From Deltaproteobacteria bacterium (GTDB lineage: Bacteria > SAR324 > JACQKK01), in the NCBI GenBank assembly GCA_029858505.1, contig JAOUEW010000008.1, positions 9,939 to 73,938 on the forward strand: a stretch of DNA of 64,000 bases, written 5' to 3'. The position numbers and the translations under genes were made by a program. Numbering within the stretch: the first letter of the stretch is position 1; each line of letters begins with the position of its first letter. Under the pieces are notes generated by a model that saw only the letters and a list, made by a program, of their open reading frames with translations, was not told where the DNA came from and ran no database searches. Positions 36,766 through 47,067 of the stretch are shown piece by piece.

Positions 36766-38694
36766 TTAGGGGGCGGGCTGAGGGGGCTGAGACGAGGCAG
36801 GTTCAGTAGGTGGAGCTGGGGCGGGAGCTTCCAGCATGGGCGCCGCAGTGGTGCCGGGGATATCCACAAACGGGATGTTTTGACGGAACAACACGCCTTC
36901 TTCCGGCGGGCGGCTGCCCTCGAATAAAACCGGGTCACTGGCGGTGAGGTACAAGATGAGGGTTTTTCGGGCTTTCTCCTGGTTGTTCATCCGCCGATAC
37001 ACCCGGCTGAGCCGCTCTAAAAACACCGTGCGGTAATGGTTGTTTTTTTCCAGCCCGGCTTCGAGCAGATCCCGGGCCAGCACCCAGTTGCCGCTTTCTT
37101 CGGCCACCCGGCTGGCCCCCTCAATCAACCCATAGTTTCGGGGATACAACGCCAGCCCCCGGTTGAACACCGCTTCGGCCTGCTTCAGGTTTCCCTCCAT
37201 TTGATACAGGTTCCCCACGGCCCGGTGAAAGGCCCCCAGGCCTTCTCCCCGGGTAAGGTAGGGGGTGAGCATTTGCAGCGCCTTGCGGGTGTTTCCCAGG
37301 CGGCCTTCCGCGGTACCGGCCAGATACACCGCCTCCCAGGGGGGGTCTTTCATGGCCAGCAGGGGTTTCGCCCCCTCCAGCGCGGCATTGTAATCGCCTT
37401 GAATGTAGGCCAGCCTGGCCCGGGCAAACAAGATGGCCGTTCCATGGTCGGGCAGCCCATCCAACACTTGTTTGGCTTCCGCAAAGCGGCCGGTCAGGGT
37501 GAGCCACTCCCCCTTCACCAGCAATCCCCGAAAATCGGTGGGGTTCAATTTCAAGTATTCTTCAATCCGCAGCCGTGCCTCCTCCAGTTTTCGCTCGGCC
37601 ATCAGCCGCTGAATTTTCAGCAGCTTGATCTGCGGATTTTCCGGATTGATTTTTTCCGCGGCGTTCAACAGGGTTTGCGCTTGGTCGGTTTCCTCTGCCC
37701 GGAACAGCAGCACGGCTTTCCAATACAGGGCTTCCTGTTGGTTGGGCTCAATATCTAGCAGGGTATTCAGCGATTCCATGGCCTGGGGGTGTTCCCCCCG
37801 GGAGATGGCCCCCCTGGCCAGGGCCAACAACACCCCCGGATGGGAAGGTTGGTGGCGGGCCAGCCCAGCCAGCAACTGGTCGGCTTGTTGAATTTCTCCT
37901 TTGCTCCGCAAGATCTCCACCCGCACCAATTGATCTTCGGTTTCCAAACCATCTTTTTGGCGCAATTGGCCCATCACCTTCAGGGCGTCGTCCCATTCCT
38001 GTCGCTGGTAATGAATATCCAGTTGCTCACGCAGCAAATCCGGGTCTCCCGGCCACTGGCGAAGGTCATCGCTGATCACCAGGGAAGCCACCGAAAAGTT
38101 ACCGCTGGCCTTCAAGATGCGAATTTTCAGCACCCGGGCATCGTGATCGTTGGGAGACACCCCCAGGGCGGCTTCCACCTCTCGGCGGGCCTCGGCCTGG
38201 CGGCCCAAGGCAAACAGCATGCGGGCATACTGAAACCGGCCTTCGAAATAACGTGGATCCCGCGCGGTGATTTTGGCTAAGATTTCCAACCCGCGGTCGG
38301 TTTGGTTCACCAGTTCATGGGTCATGGCCAGTTTCACGCTGGCCGACAGCAGGTCGGGGTCTATTTGGCTGGCTTGGTTGTAGGCCATCAGGGCGGGGAA
38401 ATACTTCTTTTGCCCCAGGTTGGCATCCCCCAGGGTCACTAAAATTTGGGCGTCGTAGGGATTCAACTTGGCAGCCTGGGCCGCGTAGGGCTCGGCTTCG
38501 GCGGGTTTGTTTTCTTTCACCAGCACCTGGGCCAACTCATGCAGCAATTCGGCATCCTCCGGCTGGCTCTCAACTTGTTTCCGGAGTTCCAACTCTCTCT
38601 GGGCCAGCTGGGTGGATAGTTCTTTGGCGCGCCAGGGGTTCAGCACCGACAGGTCGGAACAGCCGGAGAGGACGATCAACACGCCCGCCAACAT
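36766..38694 (-). CDS. Tetratricopeptide-repeat lipoprotein.
   Basis: Multiple TPR units across the full length. Start chosen at MLAGVLIVLSGC (lipobox); the ORF-track 5' extension is Arg/Gly-rich and overlaps the upstream gene. Confidence 0.65.
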   Translation of the reverse strand: MLAGVLIVLSGCSDLSVLNPWRAKELSTQLAQRELELRKQVESQPEDAELLHELAQVLVKENKPAEAEPYAAQAAKLNPYDAQILVTLGDANLGQKKYFPALMAYNQASQIDPDLLSASVKLAMTHELVNQTDRGLEILAKITARDPRYFEGRFQYARMLFALGRQAEARREVEAALGVSPNDHDARVLKIRILKASGNFSVASLVISDDLRQWPGDPDLLREQLDIHYQRQEWDDALKVMGQLRQKDGLETEDQLVRVEILRSKGEIQQADQLLAGLARHQPSHPGVLLALARGAISRGEHPQAMESLNTLLDIEPNQQEALYWKAVLLFRAEETDQAQTLLNAAEKINPENPQIKLLKIQRLMAERKLEEARLRIEEYLKLNPTDFRGLLVKGEWLTLTGRFAEAKQVLDGLPDHGTAILFARARLAYIQGDYNAALEGAKPLLAMKDPPWEAVYLAGTAEGRLGNTRKALQMLTPYLTRGEGLGAFHRAVGNLYQMEGNLKQAEAVFNRGLALYPRNYGLIEGASRVAEESGNWVLARDLLEAGLEKNNHYRTVFLERLSRVYRRMNNQEKARKTLILYLTASDPVLFEGSRPPEEGVLFRQNIPFVDIPGTTAAPMLEAPAPAPPTEPASSQPPQPAP

Positions 38695-38714
38695 TCCGGC
38701 CAATCCCTTTCCCG

Positions 38715-39548
38715 TTATTGCCGAGCGGCTTCTGCCGGCTGCACCTGAACCACGGGAGACAGCGGCCCCTCTCCGCCGAATTGATCCACCAGCCGCAGGG
38801 CATACTCCACCCGTGGGGAGGGCTTGGTCGGATCGGGTGTGGGGATGGCATCGGTCCAATGGTAGATATCCAAAGGTTTGGGGTTCAGGGGGGCCAAAGG
38901 CCAGGGGTTACCCTCGATTCGACGGTAAAGATTGGCCCTGAAATAGCGGACCTGGGTCTCCCGGGTTTCTGCTGGGTGATAGGAACGCAAAACTTGTTCC
39001 CTTCGGGGCTGCCAAGACAAAAGAAGGTTCCTCCGCCCCGTGGATTCCCGGGAGGAACCATTGGAAGGTGATTCCCAGGCCCAAGATACCGAGTGGGCTG
39101 GGATTTGGTTGAGCCGACCCAGGGGCAATTTAGCGGAAGGGTCTGATATTCCGGATGAATACCTCACAGAAATCTGAAATTCCCACTTTCCCGGCGTGGG
39201 GCGCATTCTGTACAGGGTAAACAGGCGGTCAAACTCCGCTTGCACCTGGTCGGACCCTTCCGGCAGAAAAGCCTGTTCCGTATTGGGAGAACAGGTCTCA
39301 CAATCCACCGGATACACATCTATCCGCAGCCAGTACCCCATCACCTCTCCCCATTGGCCGCGCAAATCGGCAGAGGGACGGATCCAACTGATCAGGGCGT
39401 AATCTTCCCGCTGCTGAATCCGCACCCCGGTGAGGGGGGGAATTCGCCGCAAGTCGGGGTGGGGGGGGGTTTTATACCCACAACCGGCAGGGACCAACAA
39501 ACACCCCGCCACCACCCACCACGACCACATCCTCCGTTTTCCTTTCAT
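38715..39548 (-). CDS. Hypothetical lipoprotein.
   Basis: Start set at MKGKRRMWSWWVVAGCLLVPAGC (signal plus lipobox). No family recognised. Confidence 0.45.
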   Translation of the reverse strand: MKGKRRMWSWWVVAGCLLVPAGCGYKTPPHPDLRRIPPLTGVRIQQREDYALISWIRPSADLRGQWGEVMGYWLRIDVYPVDCETCSPNTEQAFLPEGSDQVQAEFDRLFTLYRMRPTPGKWEFQISVRYSSGISDPSAKLPLGRLNQIPAHSVSWAWESPSNGSSRESTGRRNLLLSWQPRREQVLRSYHPAETRETQVRYFRANLYRRIEGNPWPLAPLNPKPLDIYHWTDAIPTPDPTKPSPRVEYALRLVDQFGGEGPLSPVVQVQPAEAARQ

Positions 39549-39595
39549 ATTACCAAGACCTTTGGATTTCCGGCAAATATCCGGGGGTGGGGAAA

Positions 39596-40387
39596 TTAGG
39601 AGGGTTGAGGAGAAGACAGGCCCCCGCCCAGACCACTGCCTTGGTGCTCTCGCAGGGGCTGCTGAAAGTGAATGTGCACCCGGTACATGCCGATTTCTCC
39701 CGGCACCCGTTCGGTTTTCATCACCGTGCCCTTGGTGGGCTGATACAATCCCGTTCCATCGGGCTTGGGAAATTGCAGCACCAACGTGGTTCCCAGGCCA
39801 TAGTTCAGGTTGGAGCGAACGACGCATTTTTGAGACGATACTTCCTCGCACTCCCCCCGGGAAGCGTTGCGGTCGTGAATCAGGGCCACTGGCATCCGGG
39901 TTTCAAACGAACGAGAGGATTCCAGGGCGATTTTAAAACTATCGGCCCCGGAAATTTGCTTGCGTACTTCCACGGCTTCTTGCACTTTTTCTAAAAACTG
40001 CCCCGCCGAGAAGGGCTTACCCAAAAACACATCGGCCATGGCGTCGAGGGCTTGGTTGGCGGCTTGGGGGGTGTTGTCTTGAGAAGTGAGCAAAAAAGCC
40101 GGTTGAAATTTGATGTCCTTGTCGCTCCGAATCCGGGTGAGGATGTCGATCCCACCCATTTCGGGGAGCAGGTTCGAGCAGATAACCACCTGAAAGTTTT
40201 TATCTTTTTTCCATGCCTGCCAGGTTTCCGCCCCATTCTCTTGGGTGGTGATTTTATAGGCCCCGGCGTCTTTCAAGGCTTTGGTCATCATGCCCAGCAG
40301 GGCTGTGTTTTGCTCGGCCACCAGGTAATGAAACCGGCGCAGTTCATCGCTGAGGGTGGGTTGATCGGCCATGAGAAGGGCTTCCAA
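39596..40387 (-). CDS. Response-regulator receiver fused to a C-terminal PilZ domain.
   Basis: Receiver-like N-terminus (VVICSNLLPEMGGIDIL...FLLTSQ). PilZ-like C-terminus (CVVRSNLNYGLGTTLVLQF...GMYRVHIHF). Confidence 0.6.
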   Translation of the reverse strand: MEALLMADQPTLSDELRRFHYLVAEQNTALLGMMTKALKDAGAYKITTQENGAETWQAWKKDKNFQVVICSNLLPEMGGIDILTRIRSDKDIKFQPAFLLTSQDNTPQAANQALDAMADVFLGKPFSAGQFLEKVQEAVEVRKQISGADSFKIALESSRSFETRMPVALIHDRNASRGECEEVSSQKCVVRSNLNYGLGTTLVLQFPKPDGTGLYQPTKGTVMKTERVPGEIGMYRVHIHFQQPLREHQGSGLGGGLSSPQPS

Positions 40388-40551
40388 AAAGGCGGGGTTT
40401 CTTCGGGTTAAGGGTCAAACTTTTTTTATGTTAGCGGGTTATCGAGAAAAACGGAACCGTGTAGGATGGCCCCATGGCCTTTCCCCAGGCAGGAATGGTA
40501 AGAACAAGAAACTGTGGGAACAGGGTCCCCATTTCAGGAAGGAGAAAGCAG

Positions 40552-41034
40552 ATGACACGGTCAGGAAGACGAATTCAGGGCCTTGGGCAGCGCATCCTTT
40601 GGGGGCTGATCTTCGCCGGAGCGCTGGGGGGGCTCCCGGCCCAGGCCACCCCCAACCGTTACGAGGTGCAGGCCCTGGAGGAAGAATCCATGAAATCCTT
40701 CCGCCGCATTTTAACCATGTGGCAGGAAGAATCGTTTTTTGAGTTGTATGACGAAGGGTGGGCCGACAGCAAAAAACGAATTACCCGCGAAGACTTTGCC
40801 CAGCGGATGGTGGGGCAGAATTGGGTACCCGTGGGGCGGCCCGACCCTCGGTTTCTGAAGGCCGATTTCCGCTTTCGCACCATGGTGTACATTCGCGCCA
40901 AGCTGACTTTTCAAAACAAGGCCAACAAAAAAAACCTAACCCGCGACCTGAACATGCTGCTGTTAAAAGAAGCCGATGGCCGCTGGAAGGTGGACCTGGT
41001 GGAACTGGTGCGGATTCCCTACGGCGGGGCCTAA
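40552..41034 (+). CDS. Hypothetical secreted protein.
   Basis: Signal peptide ending PAQATP. No family recognised. Confidence 0.4.
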   Translation: MTRSGRRIQGLGQRILWGLIFAGALGGLPAQATPNRYEVQALEEESMKSFRRILTMWQEESFFELYDEGWADSKKRITREDFAQRMVGQNWVPVGRPDPRFLKADFRFRTMVYIRAKLTFQNKANKKNLTRDLNMLLLKEADGRWKVDLVELVRIPYGGA

Positions 41035-41044
41035 CCCCGGAAGA

Positions 41045-41638
41045 TCACCAAACCTTGGGCAGCAGCCGTTTTAACCCCTGGGTATGGGTTTTCCAGGCAG
41101 TGTCTTCCCCCCAGCGGGCCTCCTCGGCCCTGATCTGCCACAGCACTGCCCCCCCCACCAAGCCCCCCCCCACCGCCAAGGACCACCAGCCCCCGGTCAA
41201 CAATTCCACCGCCAGCACTTCCCCCAGCACCGCGGCGTATTCTGGATGGCGGAGAAACCGGTAGGGCCCCTGGGTGACTGGGGGGAGCGACAGGTTTTTC
41301 GGGGCATGGGGGGCTTTTGGCCCTGGGTTGACAGGCCATTGCTCCAGAGAAGCCTGGGCCCAGCCCCGCAGAGCCAGGGTGCCCCCCCACAGCCCCAACC
41401 CCACCACCATGGCCCACCCCCCAACGTGGGGGCGGTTCATTCCGTATTCTCCCAGCGCAAGGCCAGCCCACACCAGGGTGGCCCCATAGGGGGCCCAACC
41501 TCCGGAAGAATGCTCGGAGGGTTCGAGGCGGGCGGGGGCCCCGCGCCAGCGGCGCAGCTCCCACAGGCTCCTGAAGCCAATGGCCACCGGAACCAAGTAG
41601 GGAAGAGACAGCAGCCGGATGATGCTTTCAGGGATCAT
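41045..41638 (-). CDS. Isoprenylcysteine carboxyl methyltransferase / PEMT-family membrane methyltransferase.
   Basis: RFLRHPEYAAVLGEVLAVELLTG C-terminal motif plus multiple TM helices. Confidence 0.6.
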   Translation of the reverse strand: MIPESIIRLLSLPYLVPVAIGFRSLWELRRWRGAPARLEPSEHSSGGWAPYGATLVWAGLALGEYGMNRPHVGGWAMVVGLGLWGGTLALRGWAQASLEQWPVNPGPKAPHAPKNLSLPPVTQGPYRFLRHPEYAAVLGEVLAVELLTGGWWSLAVGGGLVGGAVLWQIRAEEARWGEDTAWKTHTQGLKRLLPKVW

Positions 41639-41749
41639 GAAGAACGGAAGGATGTGAAGAGTGTGGGGGAGCGTATGGGGGGAAGACTTTCGTCTAACTT
41701 CTATTTTCCCCTCCCCCCCGACCATACCGGAAGGAACTGTTGAACAGAC

Positions 41750-43639
41750 CTAAAACTGAGAGAGTTCCTGGGGAGATTTCAGGTCAATACTGGCCTGCTC
41801 TCTCAGATGAAAAAACAGTTTCTCCCGGAAATAACTTTCCCACTCGGCGTACATACGAGAGCGGATCTCGTTTTTTCGCTCTTGTTCTTTTTCCGGGTTG
41901 GCGATGAACCGCCGCTTCAGCAGCAGCAGGTAAATATCCGCGCCGGAACCGCTGACTTGAACAGGCTGGCTGTCTCGCAACCGGAAAGCGGCGGAACGAA
42001 ACGCCGGGTTGTTGCCCACTTTGGGGATGGGAGCCCCCGCCGTGACGGTGGTGGTTTCTACCCGAGCGCCCATGGAGCGGGCCAGTTGGGCCAATTCTTG
42101 GGGGGTTTTGATCCGGCCAGCCTGGGCCTGAGCGGCTTGGCGGGTTTTGTCTTGCCGGGCCCGCTCCAAGGCCCGCTGGGTGACCTGGTCCCGCACCTCA
42201 TCCAGGGGGCGCACATGGGCCGGTTCCACCGCGGTCACCCGGTAAATCACATGGCCCATCACTGGGTTGCGGCGCCACAGGCCCCCGGCCCCCGGCTTTT
42301 GCCCACGAGCCATGGAAAACAATTCTCCCGCCGACCCCAGCCCCGGCAGCAGAGAAGCCCCGTTGAACGAGGGGGTTTCGGCCAGGGGCCGACCAGCCGC
42401 ATGGGCCGCGGCCTCAATGCCCTTGTCGGCGGCCAGGGCGTTCAGCCGATCCAATTCGGTTTCCAGTTTGCGCTCGGCCCGCATGTCCAACAGTTTGCGC
42501 TCAATGCCCGCTTTGGCTTGGGCAAAGGGGGTCACGCTGCCGGCTTTCACCGCGGTGGCTTTGATAATATGGAAACCAAACGGCGAGGTGACCACGTCGC
42601 TGATTTCCCCCGGTTTCAGGGCAAAGGCGGCCGCTTCAAACGGCCCCACCATTTGGCCATGACCAAAAAAGCCCAGGTCTCCCCCCTGGCCGCGGCTGCT
42701 GTCTTGGGAGTATTTTTTCGCCAACTGCGCGAAATCGGCCCCTTTGCGGGCTTCCTCCCGAATGGCCTTGGCCTGCTTCAATAACTTCTCCCGTTCGGCG
42801 GGGGGGGTGTCTTTGTTCACCTTGAGCAGAATGTGACTGGCCCGCACCTTTCCAGGGGTAGAAAACTCCTGAAGGTTCCGCTCGTAATAATGCTGGGCGG
42901 CTTTTTCGGGCAGGGTGGTTTGGGCCCGCACCTGGTCTAGGGTCAGGGTAAAGTAACGCACCCGCATGGTTTCCGGCACGGAATACATGCTTTGGCTGAC
43001 CTCGTATTCCTGCTTGATGTCGGCCTCGCTCACGGTTGCGTCTTTCACCTGAGCCGGGTCCAGGCGCACAAACTCCACCTCCACGGTTTGGAACTCTTCC
43101 TGGTAGCGGCGGTCCACTTCGGCTTGGCCCACAAATATTCCCAGGGTGGCGTTTTGGTGAAATTTCTTGGTGAGCTGCTCTTCACGGATACTGGCTTCGT
43201 ACTGCCCCGGAAGCAGGCCGTTTCGGCTGAGCAGGTTTGTATAGGCAGAATAATCGAAGCGGTTTCCCGACTGGAAGCCGGGATTGGTGCGAATGACGGT
43301 TTCTACCTCGTAATCGGTCACCAGCATTCCCCGCTTTTTGGCGGCCTCCAGCACCAGCAGCCGCTCAATCATTTCATCCAACACCCGGCGGGCAAGATTG
43401 GTCTGACGGGCGATTTGCTCGGTTTGGGGGCCAAACTGACCCCGCATATCGTTCAGTCGATATTGGTAGGCCCGTTCAAAATCTCGCTTAAGAATTTCTT
43501 CCCCATCCACCTTGGCCAAAACGGTTTTGCTGGCCTCAAACGAGCCCACGCCAAAGGAGATCACGAAGGTAATGACGATAAACCCCAACAGGGTCTTGAT
43601 GATCCACGATTGAGAGTGGTTGCGGATGGTGGTGAGCAT
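41750..43639 (-). CDS. ppiD: Periplasmic chaperone / peptidyl-prolyl isomerase PpiD.
   Basis: N-terminal TM anchor, SurA-like N domain and a parvulin domain (ASHILLK...GGDLGFF...GFHIIK). Confidence 0.8.
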   Translation of the reverse strand: MLTTIRNHSQSWIIKTLLGFIVITFVISFGVGSFEASKTVLAKVDGEEILKRDFERAYQYRLNDMRGQFGPQTEQIARQTNLARRVLDEMIERLLVLEAAKKRGMLVTDYEVETVIRTNPGFQSGNRFDYSAYTNLLSRNGLLPGQYEASIREEQLTKKFHQNATLGIFVGQAEVDRRYQEEFQTVEVEFVRLDPAQVKDATVSEADIKQEYEVSQSMYSVPETMRVRYFTLTLDQVRAQTTLPEKAAQHYYERNLQEFSTPGKVRASHILLKVNKDTPPAEREKLLKQAKAIREEARKGADFAQLAKKYSQDSSRGQGGDLGFFGHGQMVGPFEAAAFALKPGEISDVVTSPFGFHIIKATAVKAGSVTPFAQAKAGIERKLLDMRAERKLETELDRLNALAADKGIEAAAHAAGRPLAETPSFNGASLLPGLGSAGELFSMARGQKPGAGGLWRRNPVMGHVIYRVTAVEPAHVRPLDEVRDQVTQRALERARQDKTRQAAQAQAGRIKTPQELAQLARSMGARVETTTVTAGAPIPKVGNNPAFRSAAFRLRDSQPVQVSGSGADIYLLLLKRRFIANPEKEQERKNEIRSRMYAEWESYFREKLFFHLREQASIDLKSPQELSQF

Positions 43640-43739
43640 GGGAGCCTAACTCTGGCATAAAGGTGAACGAAGCTGGGGAATAAGAAATACCCCCTACTTT
43701 ACGGTCTGGGTGCCTATGGGGTCAATATGCGGGGTGAAG

Positions 43740-43760
43740 TTCACGGCAAAAACCCTGGTG
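43740..43760 (-). promoter_or_regulatory. Copy 3 of the conserved upstream motif, on the minus strand about 90 bp upstream of ppiD.
   Basis: Reverse complement reads ATCACCAGGGTTTTTGCCGTGAA, matching copies at 12941 and 19410. Confidence 0.5.
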
Positions 43761-43890
43761 ATGCGGCGGTTGGTGAGGCCGAAGTCTCGAAATAAACCCG
43801 GCCATGACAAGACCATAGGGGGATAACATCAGGATATCGGATAGATGGGTCTCAGGATGGCGCCCAGGGGGGGGATCCCAAGAATTTCCG

Positions 43891-44541
43891 TTAGATTCCG
43901 TGGGGCGCTTGGCCTGGTTGGGTGGCCGAGGCGTATCGGTTCATGTAGTCTTGGGCGGTTTGCTCAATGGGAAGAGACAAAGCCGCCGCCACCAGCTTGA
44001 CAAACCCCCGCACGTACACCGATGCCGGAAGGCTGGAAAACGATTCGGCCTCCAGATAGCTCAGATAAGTTTTCCGGATTTTGGTTTGGCTGGCCAGTTC
44101 ATCCAGGCTGATGCCCGCCAGCAGCCGGGCGGCTTTCAGGGCCGAGCCATCGAAAGGTTTGGTGCCCGCGATATAGGGCTGCAAGGCGTTTTTCCCCATG
44201 GGAGGAAGATCATCCTCTTGGGAAGAAACCGATTGGATGGAGGGTTTGTCTGGAGATGCCGGGGTTTTGGTTTTTCGTTTGGTGGTGGAGGTCTGCTCTT
44301 CACTTTGCAGTTGCTGGTCATAGGCTTGGCGCAGGTTCAAGTTGAACAGCGTATTGTAAGCCTTTTGCGTCAGCGTTAAAATCTCCCTGTTTTCCTCGTC
44401 GGAAAACAGGGAATAGGTGGCCAGAGAGTTGGACTCGAAAGTTTGCTTGCTCATTTCGAAGGCTTTGCGGATTTGCTCCGGCGTGGCCTCTCTGGGGATA
44501 CCGAGGATTTCGTAATAATTTTGTTGATGCAAAGGTTTCAT
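43891..44541 (-). CDS. J-domain (DnaJ-like) protein with a C-terminal XRE/RodZ-like helix-turn-helix.
   Basis: YYEILGIPREATPEQIRKAF J-domain N-terminus, Ser/Thr/Pro linker, and a C-terminal LLAGISLDELASQTKIRKTYLSYLE HTH. Confidence 0.55.
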   Translation of the reverse strand: MKPLHQQNYYEILGIPREATPEQIRKAFEMSKQTFESNSLATYSLFSDEENREILTLTQKAYNTLFNLNLRQAYDQQLQSEEQTSTTKRKTKTPASPDKPSIQSVSSQEDDLPPMGKNALQPYIAGTKPFDGSALKAARLLAGISLDELASQTKIRKTYLSYLEAESFSSLPASVYVRGFVKLVAAALSLPIEQTAQDYMNRYASATQPGQAPHGI

Positions 44542-44662
44542 GGTATTTTCATTCCCCCACCCAAAATCAGGTTTCCCCGGCCAGTAGGGTCCGGGGGGCC
44601 GGGTTGGGGATTGGTCTGAGTATAAAAATGTTTTTGGTGTAGAGATAGGTATACCCGAAAAG

Positions 44663-45583
44663 TCACTCGGGTTTCAACTGTTGATTGGACAAAAGATTAA
44701 AGGCGATGGTTTCAAAACTACGGAAGAGTTTTCCTCCCCCCATGGCGGCCAAAGGCTGGCGGGTGCGGATGGAGCGCCACACTTGGTCGTCGTTTTCCAG
44801 ATAACCCACAAAATCCACTTCCAGCCCGAAGTATTTCTGACAGGCCGCCTGCATGGCAAACCCAATCCGGATATCGGCCAGGGAGCGCACCTGATTCAGC
44901 ACAATCCGGGGGCGAAACTGCTTCAGAGAGTCTCGCAACATTTGGCCGGTGGTGGGATCCATTTTCACCACCTGTTCCACCAGTTCCGCCGGGGTGCGAA
45001 TGCCCGCGTCGTTGCGCCGGTCGGAGGCTTTCTCCACCAGGTCCCGCACCGCCGGGTCCGAGGCCAGCACGATCAAACGGCGATAGAGGGCGCTTTTGAT
45101 GAAGCGATAGGCGTTTTCCACCGAGGTCGGCTCGGGCATAACGACCATCACGCCTTTGTCGGCCACCAGAAAAAAATCGAGGGTGTTGTGGCCGGTGCCC
45201 GCCCCCAGGTCCAGTAGCACCACTTCCACATCCACCTCTTGCAGGGCTTTCAATAGTCGCATTTTTTGGGTGTGCTTGGGGTTGGCAATCCCCAAAATGT
45301 CTTGCCCGCCGCTGATCAGCCAAACGTTTTCAAAGGGCGTGCGGATGATGGTGTCTTGGATGGGACGGTTGTGGTGAATGAAATCCGAAAGGTTGGCTTC
45401 GGGGGCGGGAATGCCCAGGCAGGTGTGCAAATTGGCCCCCCCCAGGTCGGCATCCACCAGCAGCACCTTGCGGCCCTTGCGGCCCAGCACCAGGGCCACA
45501 TTGGTGGCCAAGAAGCTTTTACCCACGCCGCCCTTGCCGCTGCCGAAGGCGAAGATTTCTTTGTGATCGAAGAGCTGTCCCAC
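44663..45583 (-). CDS. MinD/ParA-family P-loop ATPase (FlhG/MinD-like).
   Basis: Deviant Walker A GSGKGGVGKSF and a LLVDADLGGANL region. Confidence 0.7.
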   Translation of the reverse strand: MGQLFDHKEIFAFGSGKGGVGKSFLATNVALVLGRKGRKVLLVDADLGGANLHTCLGIPAPEANLSDFIHHNRPIQDTIIRTPFENVWLISGGQDILGIANPKHTQKMRLLKALQEVDVEVVLLDLGAGTGHNTLDFFLVADKGVMVVMPEPTSVENAYRFIKSALYRRLIVLASDPAVRDLVEKASDRRNDAGIRTPAELVEQVVKMDPTTGQMLRDSLKQFRPRIVLNQVRSLADIRIGFAMQAACQKYFGLEVDFVGYLENDDQVWRSIRTRQPLAAMGGGKLFRSFETIAFNLLSNQQLKPE

Positions 45584-45767
45584 GGGTTTCCTTTCCCTTT
45601 GGCCCTTCTGGGCCTATTTCCCTTTGGCCCTTGCGGGCCCTTTGGCTCCCATCCTTCTGCCCCACAAAACCAGGGAAACGGAAGGGTTGTGGCCGATCTA
45701 CCGGCCCAATGCCCAAACAGAAAGCCTATTGAGGCATCCGTTTCAAAGCAAGGACCGGGCCACTGGG

Positions 45768-46910
45768 TTACCGGGCACGCAAAAACAGCCATCCTCCCAG
45801 ACCCGTAAACAAAAAATTGGCCATCCAGGCTCCCAGAAAGGGGGTCAACGTCCCCCCCCGGCCCAACATCTGGAACACCTCGTTCGACACCCAAAAGCAC
45901 AGCCCGATCACAATGGCGATCAGCAACTCACCAGAACCCCGGGCGAATCGCACATGGCCCTGAGACAAACAAACGGCGATCCACACCATCAGGAACATGG
46001 CGTACAGGGCCGCGGGGATGCCATACCAAGCCAACAAGGCGTTGGTCACGTTTCGGCCTTCCTGGGCCAGCCGTTGAATTTCCCCATACAGGTCTAAAAA
46101 CGGGGTGTGGGCCAGGTCCAGGTCCATCGGCCGAAACACCTGAGGAAAGGCCTCTGGGGGAACCCACTGGTTGTCTTGGCTTTCCATCACCCACAGGGTC
46201 CCTTCGGCCCGCTGTTGGGAAATACGCTGGAACCGCCACCCCTCCCCGTCCCGAACGCCCCGTTGAATGGCGGCCAGGACCGAAATTTTCCCGGTCAGGG
46301 GGTCGGTTTGATACATTTGGATTCCCCCCAGGCTGCCGTTGGGCATGTCCATCCGGCTGAAATAATATAACCGGTTCCCGTGAATGCGCCATTTCTGGCG
46401 CTCTGCCGAGGCCTCGGTCAGGCTGGCGTTTTCCGGGTTAAGCCACGGCCGGAAATAACTTTTATTCACGTAAGAAAACGCCGCGATGGGAACCATCAGA
46501 ACCATCAACGGAATCATCATCCGCAGCGGGCTAAAGCCGGCGCTTTTCATGGCCACCAGTTCCGAGGTGCGCCCAAAGCCGGTGAAGGTAAACAGGGCCG
46601 CCAGCAAAATGCCCATGGGCAGCATCAGGTCCAGGGTATCGGGCAGGGTTTGCAGGGTTTTTTCCAGGAACCCCCGCACCCCGGCCCAGCCGTTGAACAC
46701 TTTGTCTACTTCGCCCAAAAACGTGCTGATCACCACCAGAGTGATTAAAAAAGCCACCACCAGGAACAGATTCTTCAAAAAAGCCCGGCTGACATAGCGG
46801 GAAAGAGCATCGGTGGGAAGGTGAATCCCCCAGGCACTGCCGCCCGAAGCCCTGTTTCTCCAGGGGGCACCAGGGTTTAACCGTTTCAACAGCAGCATAA
46901 CAGGGTTCAT
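45768..46910 (-). CDS. LptF/LptG-family LPS export permease (YjgP/YjgQ).
   Basis: 380 aa with six TM helices, a periplasmic beta-jellyroll insert, and an LptFG-like N-terminus (FLKNLFLVVAFLITLV). Confidence 0.7.
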   Translation of the reverse strand: MNPVMLLLKRLNPGAPWRNRASGGSAWGIHLPTDALSRYVSRAFLKNLFLVVAFLITLVVISTFLGEVDKVFNGWAGVRGFLEKTLQTLPDTLDLMLPMGILLAALFTFTGFGRTSELVAMKSAGFSPLRMMIPLMVLMVPIAAFSYVNKSYFRPWLNPENASLTEASAERQKWRIHGNRLYYFSRMDMPNGSLGGIQMYQTDPLTGKISVLAAIQRGVRDGEGWRFQRISQQRAEGTLWVMESQDNQWVPPEAFPQVFRPMDLDLAHTPFLDLYGEIQRLAQEGRNVTNALLAWYGIPAALYAMFLMVWIAVCLSQGHVRFARGSGELLIAIVIGLCFWVSNEVFQMLGRGGTLTPFLGAWMANFLFTGLGGWLFLRAR

Positions 46911-47067
46911 GGCCGGGGCTCGAATTCCTCTGGCAGAAAACGGGCGGATTCTGATACATTGTGAAGATGATCCGCCTTGTTATTTCTATCGTATCGTTTT
47001 ATCAAAGAAGAGTACAAAAGAGTACAAAGCGGTACCCGTCGGTGGCGCCCATGGAGGAAGGAAAAAC

